Source: an uncultured Nitrosopumilaceae archaeon (GTDB taxonomy: Archaea > Thermoproteota > Nitrososphaeria > Nitrososphaerales > Nitrosopumilaceae). Taken from it: a DNA stretch of 32,000 bases. Position 1 is the stretch's first letter. Each line of letters starts with the position of its first letter. Location: assembly GCA_964350965.1 (NCBI GenBank), contig CAYGLP010000005.1, positions 17,899-49,898 on the forward strand, written 5' to 3'. Both the position numbers and the translations under genes were made by a program. Of this stretch, positions 1-8,996 are shown one piece after another. Below the pieces are notes generated by a model, which did no database searches, had not been told where the DNA came from, and saw nothing but the letters and a program-made list of their open reading frames with translations.

Positions 1-58
1 TACATGACACACTCATATCAAATCTACCAAAAGAGATTCAGAGGGAACAACCAAGAGC

Positions 59-835
59 ATGACAAAACTTCAAGCAAAAAACATCGTAAAAACTTTTGAT
101 CATAACGGTAACTTTGTCCTAGTGTTGGATGGTATTAATTTGAGCGTAGAAGAGGGCGACTTTGTCTGCATTGTAGGTCCATCTGGATGTGGAAAATCTA
201 CTTTCCTGAACATCATTGCTGGCTTGGAACAAGCTGATTCAGGTGAAATATTACTTAATGGAAAATCTATTTTGACTACTGGTCCTGACAGGACAATGGT
301 CTTCCAAGAGGGTGCGCTCTTTCCATGGTTGAAAGTTATTGATAATGTAGAGTTTGGACTAAAAATTGCTGGCATTCCAAAAGACGAACGAAGAGTAATA
401 TCACAAAGATATTTGGATATGATGCAATTAACCAAGTTTGCAGATTCTTACGTTTACCAGCTATCTACAGGAATGAAACAAAGAATTGCCATTGCACGAG
501 CTCTTGCAATGGATCCAGAGATTCTTTTAATGGACGAACCATTTGCTGCACTAGATTCGCAAACTAGAGATTTATTATTAGTTGAATTACAATTGATCTG
601 GGAAAGAACAAAAAAAACTATAATATTTGTAACTCATAATATCTCAGAATCTGTAGTCTTGGGAAATAAAGTGGCTGTATTCAAGAATCGACCTTCCCAG
701 ATAAAAAAAGAAATTACCATAGACTATCGTAGGCCACGGCTTTCCGAAGATGAAAATCTTCAGAAATACTATCATCAAATAGTTCAGGAATTAAAAAGTG
801 AGGTAAAAGCGCAAATAAAAGATGAATTACAATGA
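59..835 (+). CDS. ABC transporter ATP-binding protein (NitT/TauT nitrate/sulfonate/taurine-type family)
   Basis: 258 aa. Walker A GPSGCGKST, ABC signature LSTGMKQR, Walker B ILLMDEPF, H-loop VTHN. Its stop overlaps the next start (ATGA at 832-835). Confidence 0.9.
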   Translation: MTKLQAKNIVKTFDHNGNFVLVLDGINLSVEEGDFVCIVGPSGCGKSTFLNIIAGLEQADSGEILLNGKSILTTGPDRTMVFQEGALFPWLKVIDNVEFGLKIAGIPKDERRVISQRYLDMMQLTKFADSYVYQLSTGMKQRIAIARALAMDPEILLMDEPFAALDSQTRDLLLVELQLIWERTKKTIIFVTHNISESVVLGNKVAVFKNRPSQIKKEITIDYRRPRLSEDENLQKYYHQIVQELKSEVKAQIKDELQ

Positions 836-1635
836 TCCAAAATATAATCTCTAAGAAAAACTCATTTGCAAATCTAGATGATGCTGCTAATGTAATCCTG
901 GCTTTGGCGGTCTTTATTGGCGTATGGCAGCTAGTATTCATACTTGGCATTTGGCCAAAGGTCTCACTACCGTCTCCTTTAACTGTTGCAGAATCTTTTG
1001 CAAAGATAATTTCAAATCATACTCTACTTGAGGGTGTAGGTGTAACCTTAGGCAGACTTCTTGCGGGATTTGCCATATCATTCACTTTGGGCATGCTGAT
1101 AGGATTTGCAATGATAAAATTCAAGGGATTTGGTAAGACGCTCAATTCATTCTCTGCCGGCCTGCTCTCATTTCCAAGCATTGCATGGGTACCGTTTTCA
1201 ATTCTCTTAATTGGTTTCAATGATCTTGGAATTTTATTTGTAGTAATTATGAGCTCGATTTTTTCTATTATGATTTCAACTTATAGCAGCATAAGAAATA
1301 TCCCTCCTATCTATCTGGATGCAGCAAAGAATATGGGCGCAAAGGGTTTTTCCCTATTTAGCCATGTTACAATTCCAGCTGCTACTCCTTCGCTAATAAT
1401 GGGGATCAGGCAAGCATGGTCATTTGCGTGGCACGCAATAATAGGCGCAGAAATACTGATGTCAATTGTTGGACTCGGACATATCTTATCTGTTGGAAGA
1501 GAATTTCTTGACATGGGTCAAGTCATAGCTAGTATGATAACCATTTTTGCAATAGGTCTACTAGCTGACAGATTACTGCTCTCCAAACTGGAGGAGAAGG
1601 TGAGAAGAAAATGGGGACTAGACTATCATCGCTAG
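832..1635 (+). CDS. ABC transporter permease (MetI-like, NitT/TauT family)
   Basis: 267 aa with about six hydrophobic helices. EAA-loop-like region DAAKNMGAKGFSLFSHVTIPAATP. Translationally coupled to the upstream ATPase. Confidence 0.85.
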   Translation: MIQNIISKKNSFANLDDAANVILALAVFIGVWQLVFILGIWPKVSLPSPLTVAESFAKIISNHTLLEGVGVTLGRLLAGFAISFTLGMLIGFAMIKFKGFGKTLNSFSAGLLSFPSIAWVPFSILLIGFNDLGILFVVIMSSIFSIMISTYSSIRNIPPIYLDAAKNMGAKGFSLFSHVTIPAATPSLIMGIRQAWSFAWHAIIGAEILMSIVGLGHILSVGREFLDMGQVIASMITIFAIGLLADRLLLSKLEEKVRRKWGLDYHR

Positions 1636-1651
1636 TTCTCAGAAATGAGGT

Positions 1652-2707
1652 ATGAATCCTGTAGCTAAGCTTGGAATTGCAGCTGTAATTATCGCAATGG
1701 TAATTGTTGTAAATTTTATTCCAAATATAGTGCTTCAATTATCTAATAATGGTGCTAGCAGTACAGATATTTTAAGAATTGGATATTTCCCAAACATTAA
1801 TCACGCACAGGCAGTTATCGGACTGGGAAATGGAGATTTTCAAAAAGCATTAGGTAATGTCAAAGTAGAAACACAAGTCTTTAACGCTGGCCCTTCTGCA
1901 ATTGAAGCATTATTTGCAAATAGAGTGGATGTTACATATGTAGGTCCCAATCCTGCAATAAATGGTTACATAAAATCAGATGGGGAAGCTTTACGCATAA
2001 TTGCAGGTGCAGCAAGTGGAGGAGCTGTTTTTGTAGTTAGAAATGATGCAGGAATAAATTCAGTTGATGATTTTGCTGGTAAAAAATTTGGTTCCCCCCA
2101 GCTTGGCAATACTCAGGATGTAGCTTTAAGGGCATATTTGCTCAAAAATGGATACAAGACTACGGAAAATGGTGGTAATGTAGAAGTAATTCCCGCAAAG
2201 AATGCCGATATTCTGACTTTGATGTTAAAAAAAGAAATTGACGGTGCATGGGTGCCAGAACCTTGGGGAGCAAAGCTAGTCAAAGAGGCAAATGGTAGAA
2301 TTTTTATCGATGAGAGAGACTTGTGGCCACAAGATAGGTTTGTAACAGCTCACATCATAGTTCGCACAGAATACCTCAAGAACCATCCTGATATAATAAA
2401 GAAATTACTTGCTGCACATGTAGACGAAACACAATGGATAAATCATAATAAGGAAGATGCATCCAAAGTTTTCAATACAGAGCTTGAGAAGCTTACAGGT
2501 AAAACAATTCCTACAGATGAATTTCAAGAGGCATTTTCAAGAATGACGATAACATACGATCCTGTAAAGGAATCATTATTCAAATCTGCTAATGATGCTT
2601 TTGATATTGGATTTTTGGGTGATACAAAACCCGATCTCTCAAAAATTTATGATTTGAAAATTCTCAATGAAGTTCTAGAAGAAAAAAAGCTTGAAACCAT
2701 ATCTTGA
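1652..2707 (+). CDS. ABC transporter substrate-binding protein, SsuA/TauA/NMT1-like, membrane-tethered
   Basis: 351 aa. N-terminal signal anchor LGIAAVIIAMVIVVNFI, then a periplasmic-binding-protein-like body (LRIGYFPNINHAQ, DVTYVGPNPAING, GSPQLGNTQD). Third gene of the ABC operon. Substrate cannot be deduced from the sequence. Confidence 0.75.
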   Translation: MNPVAKLGIAAVIIAMVIVVNFIPNIVLQLSNNGASSTDILRIGYFPNINHAQAVIGLGNGDFQKALGNVKVETQVFNAGPSAIEALFANRVDVTYVGPNPAINGYIKSDGEALRIIAGAASGGAVFVVRNDAGINSVDDFAGKKFGSPQLGNTQDVALRAYLLKNGYKTTENGGNVEVIPAKNADILTLMLKKEIDGAWVPEPWGAKLVKEANGRIFIDERDLWPQDRFVTAHIIVRTEYLKNHPDIIKKLLAAHVDETQWINHNKEDASKVFNTELEKLTGKTIPTDEFQEAFSRMTITYDPVKESLFKSANDAFDIGFLGDTKPDLSKIYDLKILNEVLEEKKLETIS

Positions 2708-2733
2708 TTTTTAATTTAGAACAAAAGATACAG

Positions 2734-3789
2734 CTAGCTTTTTTTCTTTTTCCAAATGACTATACCAACTGTGATAAGAACAGCAGGTATTATTACTAGT
2801 AAATAATATTTTTCCATCTTTAGTTCATCCAATTCATCTTTATTCTCAAATCCAGAAATAGCTATCTGTTTGCTAGATTGTGGCTCTAAATCAAATGCAA
2901 CATGCCATGTGTTTTGTTCATCACTGCTTTGTATATATTCAATTTTTCTACCTTCTTGATATACGACAAATTTTTGTGATTCTGACTCCATGGGGAATTC
3001 AATATTTGCAAAAGATTTCATTGGCCATGGATTTCTTGCAAAAAATGTCAATGCGCTTTTCTCACTGTCAAATTTTATGTCAGTGAGATATCCCTCTGTC
3101 TTGTATCTAAAATCAAATCTCTTGTCATCTCGTATAACAAAAGTTGGTATTACCATATCATCTCCAATCACAAAACAGCTGTAATAATTTACTTGTGTTG
3201 CAAACAATGGATCTGGATAAATCGAAAATTCTTTTTTCTGTCCTGGTTCCAGTTTTTCTATAATCTCTATGCTTTTTCCAACATCAATGAATTTGTTATC
3301 TTTTCCATGAACCAATGCATACACTTTGACTCCATATGCGTCAGAATTTCCGTTATTGACTATAAAACCAGAAGTATGGCCATCTTGATGTTTGACAAGA
3401 GTATTGCCATAAACTACTTCAATGTCTGTGTAATCGCTAGGGCCTGGAACAAACGTAACTTGTGGTTTTTCAAGAATTGGGTTTTTGTTTGAAACTTGAT
3501 CAAATTTAATCTTAAATGGTATGTCTTTTGCTGGATTTGCAACTGGCAAAGTATATGATTCTAAAATTATTTCATCACCATCTTGTATCCTGATTGTTAT
3601 TGTAGGAGTTACTGGATAATTCTCTGAATTTTTTACTGCTCCAATAACTGTGTAAATCCCATCGTGGTCAAAATATGAATCGTATTCGTTATCTGGAATC
3701 CAGACTTCTGTACTTGCAAACTGTGGTGTAAACAAAACTACCGCTGCTAAGACAAGAAAACTTGCTAGTATGACGGTATCATGTCTCAT
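2734..3789 (-). CDS. Hypothetical secreted protein with a C-terminal membrane anchor
   Basis: 351 aa, ATG start. N-terminal signal-like helix ILASFLVLAAVVLF. C-terminal TM LLVIIPAVLITVGIVIW followed by KKKKS. The interior has beta-rich repeated modules. No family recognised. Confidence 0.6.
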   Translation of the reverse strand: MRHDTVILASFLVLAAVVLFTPQFASTEVWIPDNEYDSYFDHDGIYTVIGAVKNSENYPVTPTITIRIQDGDEIILESYTLPVANPAKDIPFKIKFDQVSNKNPILEKPQVTFVPGPSDYTDIEVVYGNTLVKHQDGHTSGFIVNNGNSDAYGVKVYALVHGKDNKFIDVGKSIEIIEKLEPGQKKEFSIYPDPLFATQVNYYSCFVIGDDMVIPTFVIRDDKRFDFRYKTEGYLTDIKFDSEKSALTFFARNPWPMKSFANIEFPMESESQKFVVYQEGRKIEYIQSSDEQNTWHVAFDLEPQSSKQIAISGFENKDELDELKMEKYYLLVIIPAVLITVGIVIWKKKKS

Positions 3790-3821
3790 AAATGCAACTA
3801 GTGTAGATTGTTTGCTGAATT

Positions 3822-4577
3822 TTAATGTAATTTCTTTAGCGTGTCTAGTGCTGATTTAAAGTCATTTGGAGAGCTTATCAGAACATTTCCTGCAATTTTA
3901 TGAGCCCTTTTTATAAAATCTATGGTATCGTTGCCGTAAGATGACCAATCAAGATTCAACATCTTTGCAGAGTTGGAATTTTTCTCAGTTGGAAGCAGTA
4001 TGCATGGAATTATCCTAAATCCCTGCGGTTTTAACTTGTCCACTATCTTTGTTATATGATCAAGAGAACTAACTACCTGTGTCACAAATCCCTTTGGCTC
4101 TGCCTCTATTTTTTTATGAATTTTATTAAAATCTGGATTGCTTGGTATTGAAAGAAAAAAATCAATCTTTTTTCCAAAGCCCTGGTGGTTGAATTGCTTG
4201 ACAATCTCGCTTGGAACAAGTTTAGAATCTTGTGGTCCTGCAGGCGGTGCATCGCCTTTGAGAATCAGAACTCCATTCAGATCTAATAATATTGCATCAC
4301 AAACTGATTGTGTTAACGAAGTAAGATTTCTGTCCCTTACGCGTATGCTTGATGTGATCTCTATCTTAGTATTGGAGCCTCTGATAAAAGCACCTGTTGT
4401 CATTGGTGAAATTCTTGGTATGCCAAGAACAGAGTCTGTAATGTGAATTCCATCGCAATGGTTGCTGACAGTAAACGCTCTTTCTTTTAGTCTGTTTACT
4501 GAATCCTGCAGCTCCTTATGTGAAAGTATTGTATCTTGAATTACCTTTGGTGGATTTAATTCATAAGTTATTGTCAT
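3822..4577 (-). CDS. Methylenetetrahydrofolate reductase-like protein (short MetF family)
   Basis: 251 aa. Collinear with MetF landmarks: ELNPPK (cf. EFFPPR), HITD, VLILKGDAPP (cf. ALRGDLPP), GFVTQVV (cf. AITQFFF), IIPCILLP (cf. IIPGILPV). Divergent from the methionine synthase genes. A TTATAA box lies 26 nt upstream of the ATG. Confidence 0.65.
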   Translation of the reverse strand: MTITYELNPPKVIQDTILSHKELQDSVNRLKERAFTVSNHCDGIHITDSVLGIPRISPMTTGAFIRGSNTKIEITSSIRVRDRNLTSLTQSVCDAILLDLNGVLILKGDAPPAGPQDSKLVPSEIVKQFNHQGFGKKIDFFLSIPSNPDFNKIHKKIEAEPKGFVTQVVSSLDHITKIVDKLKPQGFRIIPCILLPTEKNSNSAKMLNLDWSSYGNDTIDFIKRAHKIAGNVLISSPNDFKSALDTLKKLH

Positions 4578-4600
4578 ACAAGAATTTCTAAGTTACCTGA

Positions 4601-4606
4601 TTATAA
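4601..4606 (-). promoter_or_regulatory. TATA-like box for the MetF-like gene
   Basis: TTATAA centred 26.5 nt upstream of the ATG at 4577. Confidence 0.4.
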
Positions 4607-4645
4607 CTTTTGAATAATCCGTGAGAGAGGAATATCAATAAAAGG

Positions 4646-4653
4646 AATTAAAT
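4646..4653 (+). promoter_or_regulatory. TATA-like box for the Hcy-methyltransferase gene
   Basis: AATTAAAT centred 28.5 nt upstream of the TTG at 4678. Confidence 0.35.
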
Positions 4654-4677
4654 TGATTAAAATACTTTGAAAATATC

Positions 4678-5628
4678 TTGGCAGATAAAGAGCATCTCAT
4701 TGGCGCATTGAGAAATAGAATATTGCTTTTTGACGGAGCAATAGGTACTGAAATCCAAAAATTAAATCCAAAACCAGAAGACTTTCCAGATGGTAAAGAT
4801 GGATTCAATGACGGTCTTTCTTTTACTAGACCCGAATGGATACGAAAGATTCATGCGAGTTATTTGGAGGCTGGAGCTGATTGCATAGAGACCAACACAT
4901 TTGGTTCAAACAAACTAAAGCTAGAAGAATATGGGTATGGAGACAAGACTGTAGAGTTTAACAAAAAAATTGCAGAGCTTGCAGTAGATGTTACCAAAAA
5001 ATTCACTGACAAACCAAGGTATGTTATTGGTTCCATGGGCCCTACCGGATTTCTGCCAAGCTCAAACGATCCTTCATTAGGACAAAAGCCACTAAAAGAA
5101 ATAAGAGAAGCTTTTGAACTTCAAGCTGAAGGTCTGATACTTGGTAGGGTAGATGCATTATTGATTGAAACAAGCCAAGACATTCTTGAAGTCAAACTTG
5201 CTATCGAAGGATCTCACCTTGCAATGAAAAAGACAGGAAAAAAAGTCCCAATTATTGCAAACGTAACACTTGATCAGTATGGAAAAATGTTACTTGGAAC
5301 AAATGTGCAAGCTGCATTTACAACAATATCTGATATGGGAATTGATGTTTTTGGATTGAACTGTTCTACAGGTCCAGTAGAAATGACATCTAGTGTAAGA
5401 TGGCTTGACGAACAAAGCACTCTTCCATTACTGGTTGTACCAAACGCGGGAATGCCGGAAAATCAAGGAGGAAAGGCTGTGTATAAGATGACACCAGATG
5501 ATATGGCCAAAGCACTGGACAATTTCATTAGCGAATTCAAACAAGTACGAATCATTGGAGGATGTTGTGGAACAAACCCTGCACACATTATAGCTCTTCG
5601 TAAAGTCATAAATCAAAAAAAGAATTAA
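4678..5628 (+). CDS. Homocysteine S-methyltransferase module (stand-alone N-terminal domain of cobalamin-dependent methionine synthase)
   Basis: 316 aa. LLFDGAIGTEIQ start of the Hcy barrel. Zn-ligand cysteines in GLNCSTGP and GGCCGTNP. The start must be TTG at 4678, because the conserved N-terminus precedes the first in-frame ATG. Confidence 0.85.
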   Translation: MADKEHLIGALRNRILLFDGAIGTEIQKLNPKPEDFPDGKDGFNDGLSFTRPEWIRKIHASYLEAGADCIETNTFGSNKLKLEEYGYGDKTVEFNKKIAELAVDVTKKFTDKPRYVIGSMGPTGFLPSSNDPSLGQKPLKEIREAFELQAEGLILGRVDALLIETSQDILEVKLAIEGSHLAMKKTGKKVPIIANVTLDQYGKMLLGTNVQAAFTTISDMGIDVFGLNCSTGPVEMTSSVRWLDEQSTLPLLVVPNAGMPENQGGKAVYKMTPDDMAKALDNFISEFKQVRIIGGCCGTNPAHIIALRKVINQKKN

Positions 5629-5663
5629 GGCATAAGTATTTAGAAAAAATAGTTACAACAAAC

Positions 5664-8165
5664 ATGTTGAATATAGCAAGAGTCAGCTCAGCATTAAAGG
5701 CAGTTGATCTTAAGCAGGTACCTGCTCCGCTGATTATTGGAGAAAGACTAAACACACAAGGATCAAAAAAAGCCAAAGAATGTGTACTTAGTGATAACTT
5801 TGAGGAACTATTGAATCTGGCTAGAAATCAAGTGGAAGATGGTGCACACTGTATCGACGTCTGTGTTGCAACAACTGAGCGCTCTGATGAATTAGAGTTT
5901 ATGAAAAAACTTGTAAAATTACTAAGTTTAGAAATAGATGCACCGCTTGTCATAGATTCAACTGATCCTAATGTAATTGCAGTCGCGCTAGAACAAATTC
6001 CTGGAAGACCAATAATAAATTCAATAAATCTTGAAGGTGATGGAAATCGATTTCATGCACTAGCTCCTCTTATGGCAAAGTATGGAGTTCCAGCAATAGC
6101 AATGTGTATTGGTCCCAAGGGAATGGCAAAGATACCACAAGAAAAACTGGAGACAGCAGAGCTACTTTATGAAACTGGAAAAAAATATGGACTAAAACCG
6201 GAGCAGTTTATTTTTGATGTTTTGACTTTTACGCTTGCAACCGGTGAATCAGAATTTCAAGATGCTGCAAAAAATACACTAGAAGGAATTAGACTAGTAA
6301 AGCAACGTTTTCCAAACGCGTTTACTACGCTTGGTCTAAGTAACCTAAGTTTTGGTCTAGCACCTCAAGCACGTAAGATACTAAATGCAGTTTTTCTATA
6401 TCATGCTGTAAAATCTGGACTAGACACTGTAATAATTAATGCAAAAGACGTTGTTCCATACTCTGAGATCAATGAGAAAGAGAGAAAACTTGCAGAAGAT
6501 TTAATCTTTAATACACATTCAAACGCACTTTCAGAATTTATAGCATATTTTGAAAATAAGAAAGCAGTCAGTGCTACTGCAAAACGGGTTGAAATCGATC
6601 CTTCGTGGAGTGCAGGAAAAAAATGTAACTTCAGAATAATTAACAGATTAAAGGATGGAATAGAAAATAACGTTGTTACTGCAATTGCTGAAAAACTTTC
6701 TCTAACAAAATCATTAATTGAAAAAAATGGCTCATTGGTTTTGCAAGAGCCAAAAGAGATAACACATGAAGGTGCGATCCAACTACTCAATGATGAACTA
6801 CTCCCAGCCATGAAAGAAGTTGGTGACAAGTTTGGAGCAGGAGAGCTCATCTTACCATTTGTTCTAAAATCTGCAGAATGCATGAAAGCTGCAGTTAACG
6901 AGCTTGAAAAATATCTCTTAAAACAAGAAGGAACAAGCAAGGGCAAGCTAGTTTTAGGAACAGTTTACGGTGACGTACATGATATTGGAAAGAATCTAGT
7001 CAAGACCATCTTTGAAAATAATGGGTATACAGTTTATGATTTGGGAAAACAGGTTCCATTACAAAAATTCTTGGACAAAATCAATGAAGTAAAACCAGAT
7101 GCAATAGGGCTATCAGCTTTGTTAGTATCTACTTCGAAACAGATGCAATACTTTGTAGAACATGCTAGAAAAAACAATATGCATTTACCAATACTGTGTG
7201 GAGGTGCAGCCATTAACAGTAACTACATCAACAGGATAGCTAAAGAAGATGGAATATACACGCACGGTGTATTTTATTGCAAAAACATGTTTGAAGGACT
7301 AAAAGCAATGGACAAACTTGTTTCTGATGAAAAACCACAATTCCTTCAAGAATGGAAAACAAAACTGGAAAAATGGAAAGAAACACAAATCACAAGAGAA
7401 GAATCTTTAGATCTACCTCATAGTGGAATAAAACCAGTAACACCACCAATACCGCCTAGCATTAACAAGGCAATTAGATTAGAACCTAAACAAATTGATC
7501 TTAACGAAGTTTGGAAGTTTATCGACAAAAAATCACTTTTCAAATTATCGTGGGGATTGCGTGGCAATCAAGCTAAAGAATCAGAAAAAGAACACGAAAA
7601 ACTGTTAGAACAATGGAAACAAAGAATAATCAAAGAAGATCTTTTTGAACCAAGAATTGTTTATGGTTACTACAAATGTCATAACAAAGAAAACAAATTC
7701 ATAGTAGATCATCTAGACGGAGAACAACTGACATTTGACTTTCCAAGATCGACAAAACAAAAGCATTTGTGTATTACCGATTATTTTGGAGAAAATGACA
7801 TAGTTGCATTTCAAGTAGTAACGGTTGGTACTAAAGTCTCTGAACTCATAGAACAATGGAATAAGGAAGAAAAATACACTGATGCATATTATTTGCATGG
7901 ACTTGCAGTTGAAACTGCAGAAGCCATGGCAGGATGGATAAACCAAAAGATAAGAAATGAACTAAAAATTGGGGAAAAACGAGGATTGCGATATAGCTGG
8001 GGATATCCTAGCTGCCCAGATGTGGCGCAACATCATTTAGTATGGAAGTTATTAGAACCAGAAAAATCTGATATTACACTTACAGAGGCAGGCCAAATTG
8101 TTCCTGAACAATCAACTGCTGCAATTGTGGTACATCATCCTGAAGCAGAATATTTTGTAATATAG
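5664..8165 (+). CDS. metH: Methionine synthase, pterin-binding + cap/B12-binding + AdoMet reactivation domains (lacks the Hcy domain)
   Basis: 833 aa. Pterin barrel (IGERLNTQGSKK). B12 motif GDVHDIGKNLV (DxHxxG), GLSALLVST, ILCGGAAIN. Reactivation-domain motif RYSWGYPSCPD near the C-terminus. Confidence 0.9.
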   Translation: MLNIARVSSALKAVDLKQVPAPLIIGERLNTQGSKKAKECVLSDNFEELLNLARNQVEDGAHCIDVCVATTERSDELEFMKKLVKLLSLEIDAPLVIDSTDPNVIAVALEQIPGRPIINSINLEGDGNRFHALAPLMAKYGVPAIAMCIGPKGMAKIPQEKLETAELLYETGKKYGLKPEQFIFDVLTFTLATGESEFQDAAKNTLEGIRLVKQRFPNAFTTLGLSNLSFGLAPQARKILNAVFLYHAVKSGLDTVIINAKDVVPYSEINEKERKLAEDLIFNTHSNALSEFIAYFENKKAVSATAKRVEIDPSWSAGKKCNFRIINRLKDGIENNVVTAIAEKLSLTKSLIEKNGSLVLQEPKEITHEGAIQLLNDELLPAMKEVGDKFGAGELILPFVLKSAECMKAAVNELEKYLLKQEGTSKGKLVLGTVYGDVHDIGKNLVKTIFENNGYTVYDLGKQVPLQKFLDKINEVKPDAIGLSALLVSTSKQMQYFVEHARKNNMHLPILCGGAAINSNYINRIAKEDGIYTHGVFYCKNMFEGLKAMDKLVSDEKPQFLQEWKTKLEKWKETQITREESLDLPHSGIKPVTPPIPPSINKAIRLEPKQIDLNEVWKFIDKKSLFKLSWGLRGNQAKESEKEHEKLLEQWKQRIIKEDLFEPRIVYGYYKCHNKENKFIVDHLDGEQLTFDFPRSTKQKHLCITDYFGENDIVAFQVVTVGTKVSELIEQWNKEEKYTDAYYLHGLAVETAEAMAGWINQKIRNELKIGEKRGLRYSWGYPSCPDVAQHHLVWKLLEPEKSDITLTEAGQIVPEQSTAAIVVHHPEAEYFVI

Positions 8166-8214
8166 CATTACTGAACGGTAACAATCAATAACAATTTCAA
8201 TTATATGTTAATAG

Positions 8215-8775
8215 TTGGATCCACAAAAACTCAAAAAAGTACTGTCTAGTGAAATTGTACCTACGGCAAAAGAAAATGGAAAGACAAAGCTTGCAGCAGT
8301 ATTGATAGTAATCCATGGTTCCAAACATAAAATAATAATGACTGAAAGGCCAAAAACAATGAGTTTACATGCAGGAGAGATCTCTTTTCCGGGTGGCACT
8401 TGGAAAGAAGATGATTATGATCTTCTTGAAACAGCTTTACGAGAAACAAGGGAAGAAATTGGTCTTGATGTATCACGACAACAAATTATCGGTCAACTAA
8501 AACCTGTCACAACTCTGAACTCTGGTTTTACAATTACACCATTTGTTTCAATTACATCTGAGATTTCAAAACTAAAACCAAACACAGAAATTGAAAATAT
8601 ATTTCATATTCCTCTACTTCCTCTCTTTAGTACAATAGAATCTGATAAAGATCCTACACACAAATCAATTCAAGAAATGTATACTTTCAACTATCAAAAC
8701 AATCTGATCTGGGGAGCATCTGCAAGGATGATAAAACAAATGATGACGCTCATATCAGAAAGTGCGATGTTCTAA
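8215..8775 (+). CDS. NUDIX hydrolase, CoA pyrophosphatase-like
   Basis: Nudix box [25 protein letters not shown], preceded by [20 protein letters not shown] (CoA-pyrophosphatase-type upstream motif). TTG start taken from the ORF track; the exact start is uncertain. Confidence 0.7.
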   Translation: MDPQKLKKVLSSEIVPTAKENGKTKLAAVLIVIHGSKHKIIMTERPKTMSLHAGEISFPGGTWKEDDYDLLETALRETREEIGLDVSRQQIIGQLKPVTTLNSGFTITPFVSITSEISKLKPNTEIENIFHIPLLPLFSTIESDKDPTHKSIQEMYTFNYQNNLIWGASARMIKQMMTLISESAMF

Positions 8776-8777
8776 TC

Positions 8778-8794
8778 ACACATGAAACATGTGT
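8778..8794 (+). terminator. Short hairpin immediately after the NUDIX stop
   Basis: ACACATG-aaa-CATGTGT (7-bp stem) starts 3 nt after the stop and is followed by ATTTG. It is weak as a terminator and could instead be a binding dyad upstream of the L39e promoter. Confidence 0.25.
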
Positions 8795-8806
8795 ATTTGA
8801 GATTCA

Positions 8807-8814
8807 TTTAAAAA
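8807..8814 (+). promoter_or_regulatory. TATA box for the L39e-L31e operon
   Basis: TTTAAAAA centred 27.5 nt upstream of the ATG at 8838. Confidence 0.5.
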
Positions 8815-8837
8815 GAGGTCAAGATTTTCCCACCTTC

Positions 8838-8996
8838 ATGGCAGCCCACAAATCCACTCCAAGAAAGATAAGACTTATGAAAAAACTAAAGCAGAACTCA
8901 TCTGTCCCAGCTTGGGTTATAATCAAGACAAAAAGAACAGTACGAACAAATCCAAAGAAAAGACAGTGGCGAAGAACAGACGTAGGAGTTGGATAA
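8838..8996 (+). CDS. rpl39e: 50S ribosomal protein L39e
   Basis: Not in the ORF track (52 aa). Own translation: [52 protein letters not shown]. This matches the L39e pattern (K.LK.N..VPAWV..KT.R.V..N.KRR.WRR). A TTTAAAAA box at 8807-8814 is centred 27.5 nt upstream. Confidence 0.9.
   Translation: MAAHKSTPRKIRLMKKLKQNSSVPAWVIIKTKRTVRTNPKKRQWRRTDVGVG

Noticed and set aside
1-102. Open frame running in from the left edge (YMTHSYQIYQKRFRGNNQEH...) and overlapping the ABC ATPase start
   Set aside because: Only ~33 codons are visible and they have no recognisable features. I cannot tell whether this is the end of an upstream gene, so I did not call it.
6401-6946. 181-aa minus-strand ORF inside metH
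   Set aside because: It is antisense to the strongly conserved cap/B12 region of methionine synthase. The Ser/Phe-rich translation is typical of a shadow frame.
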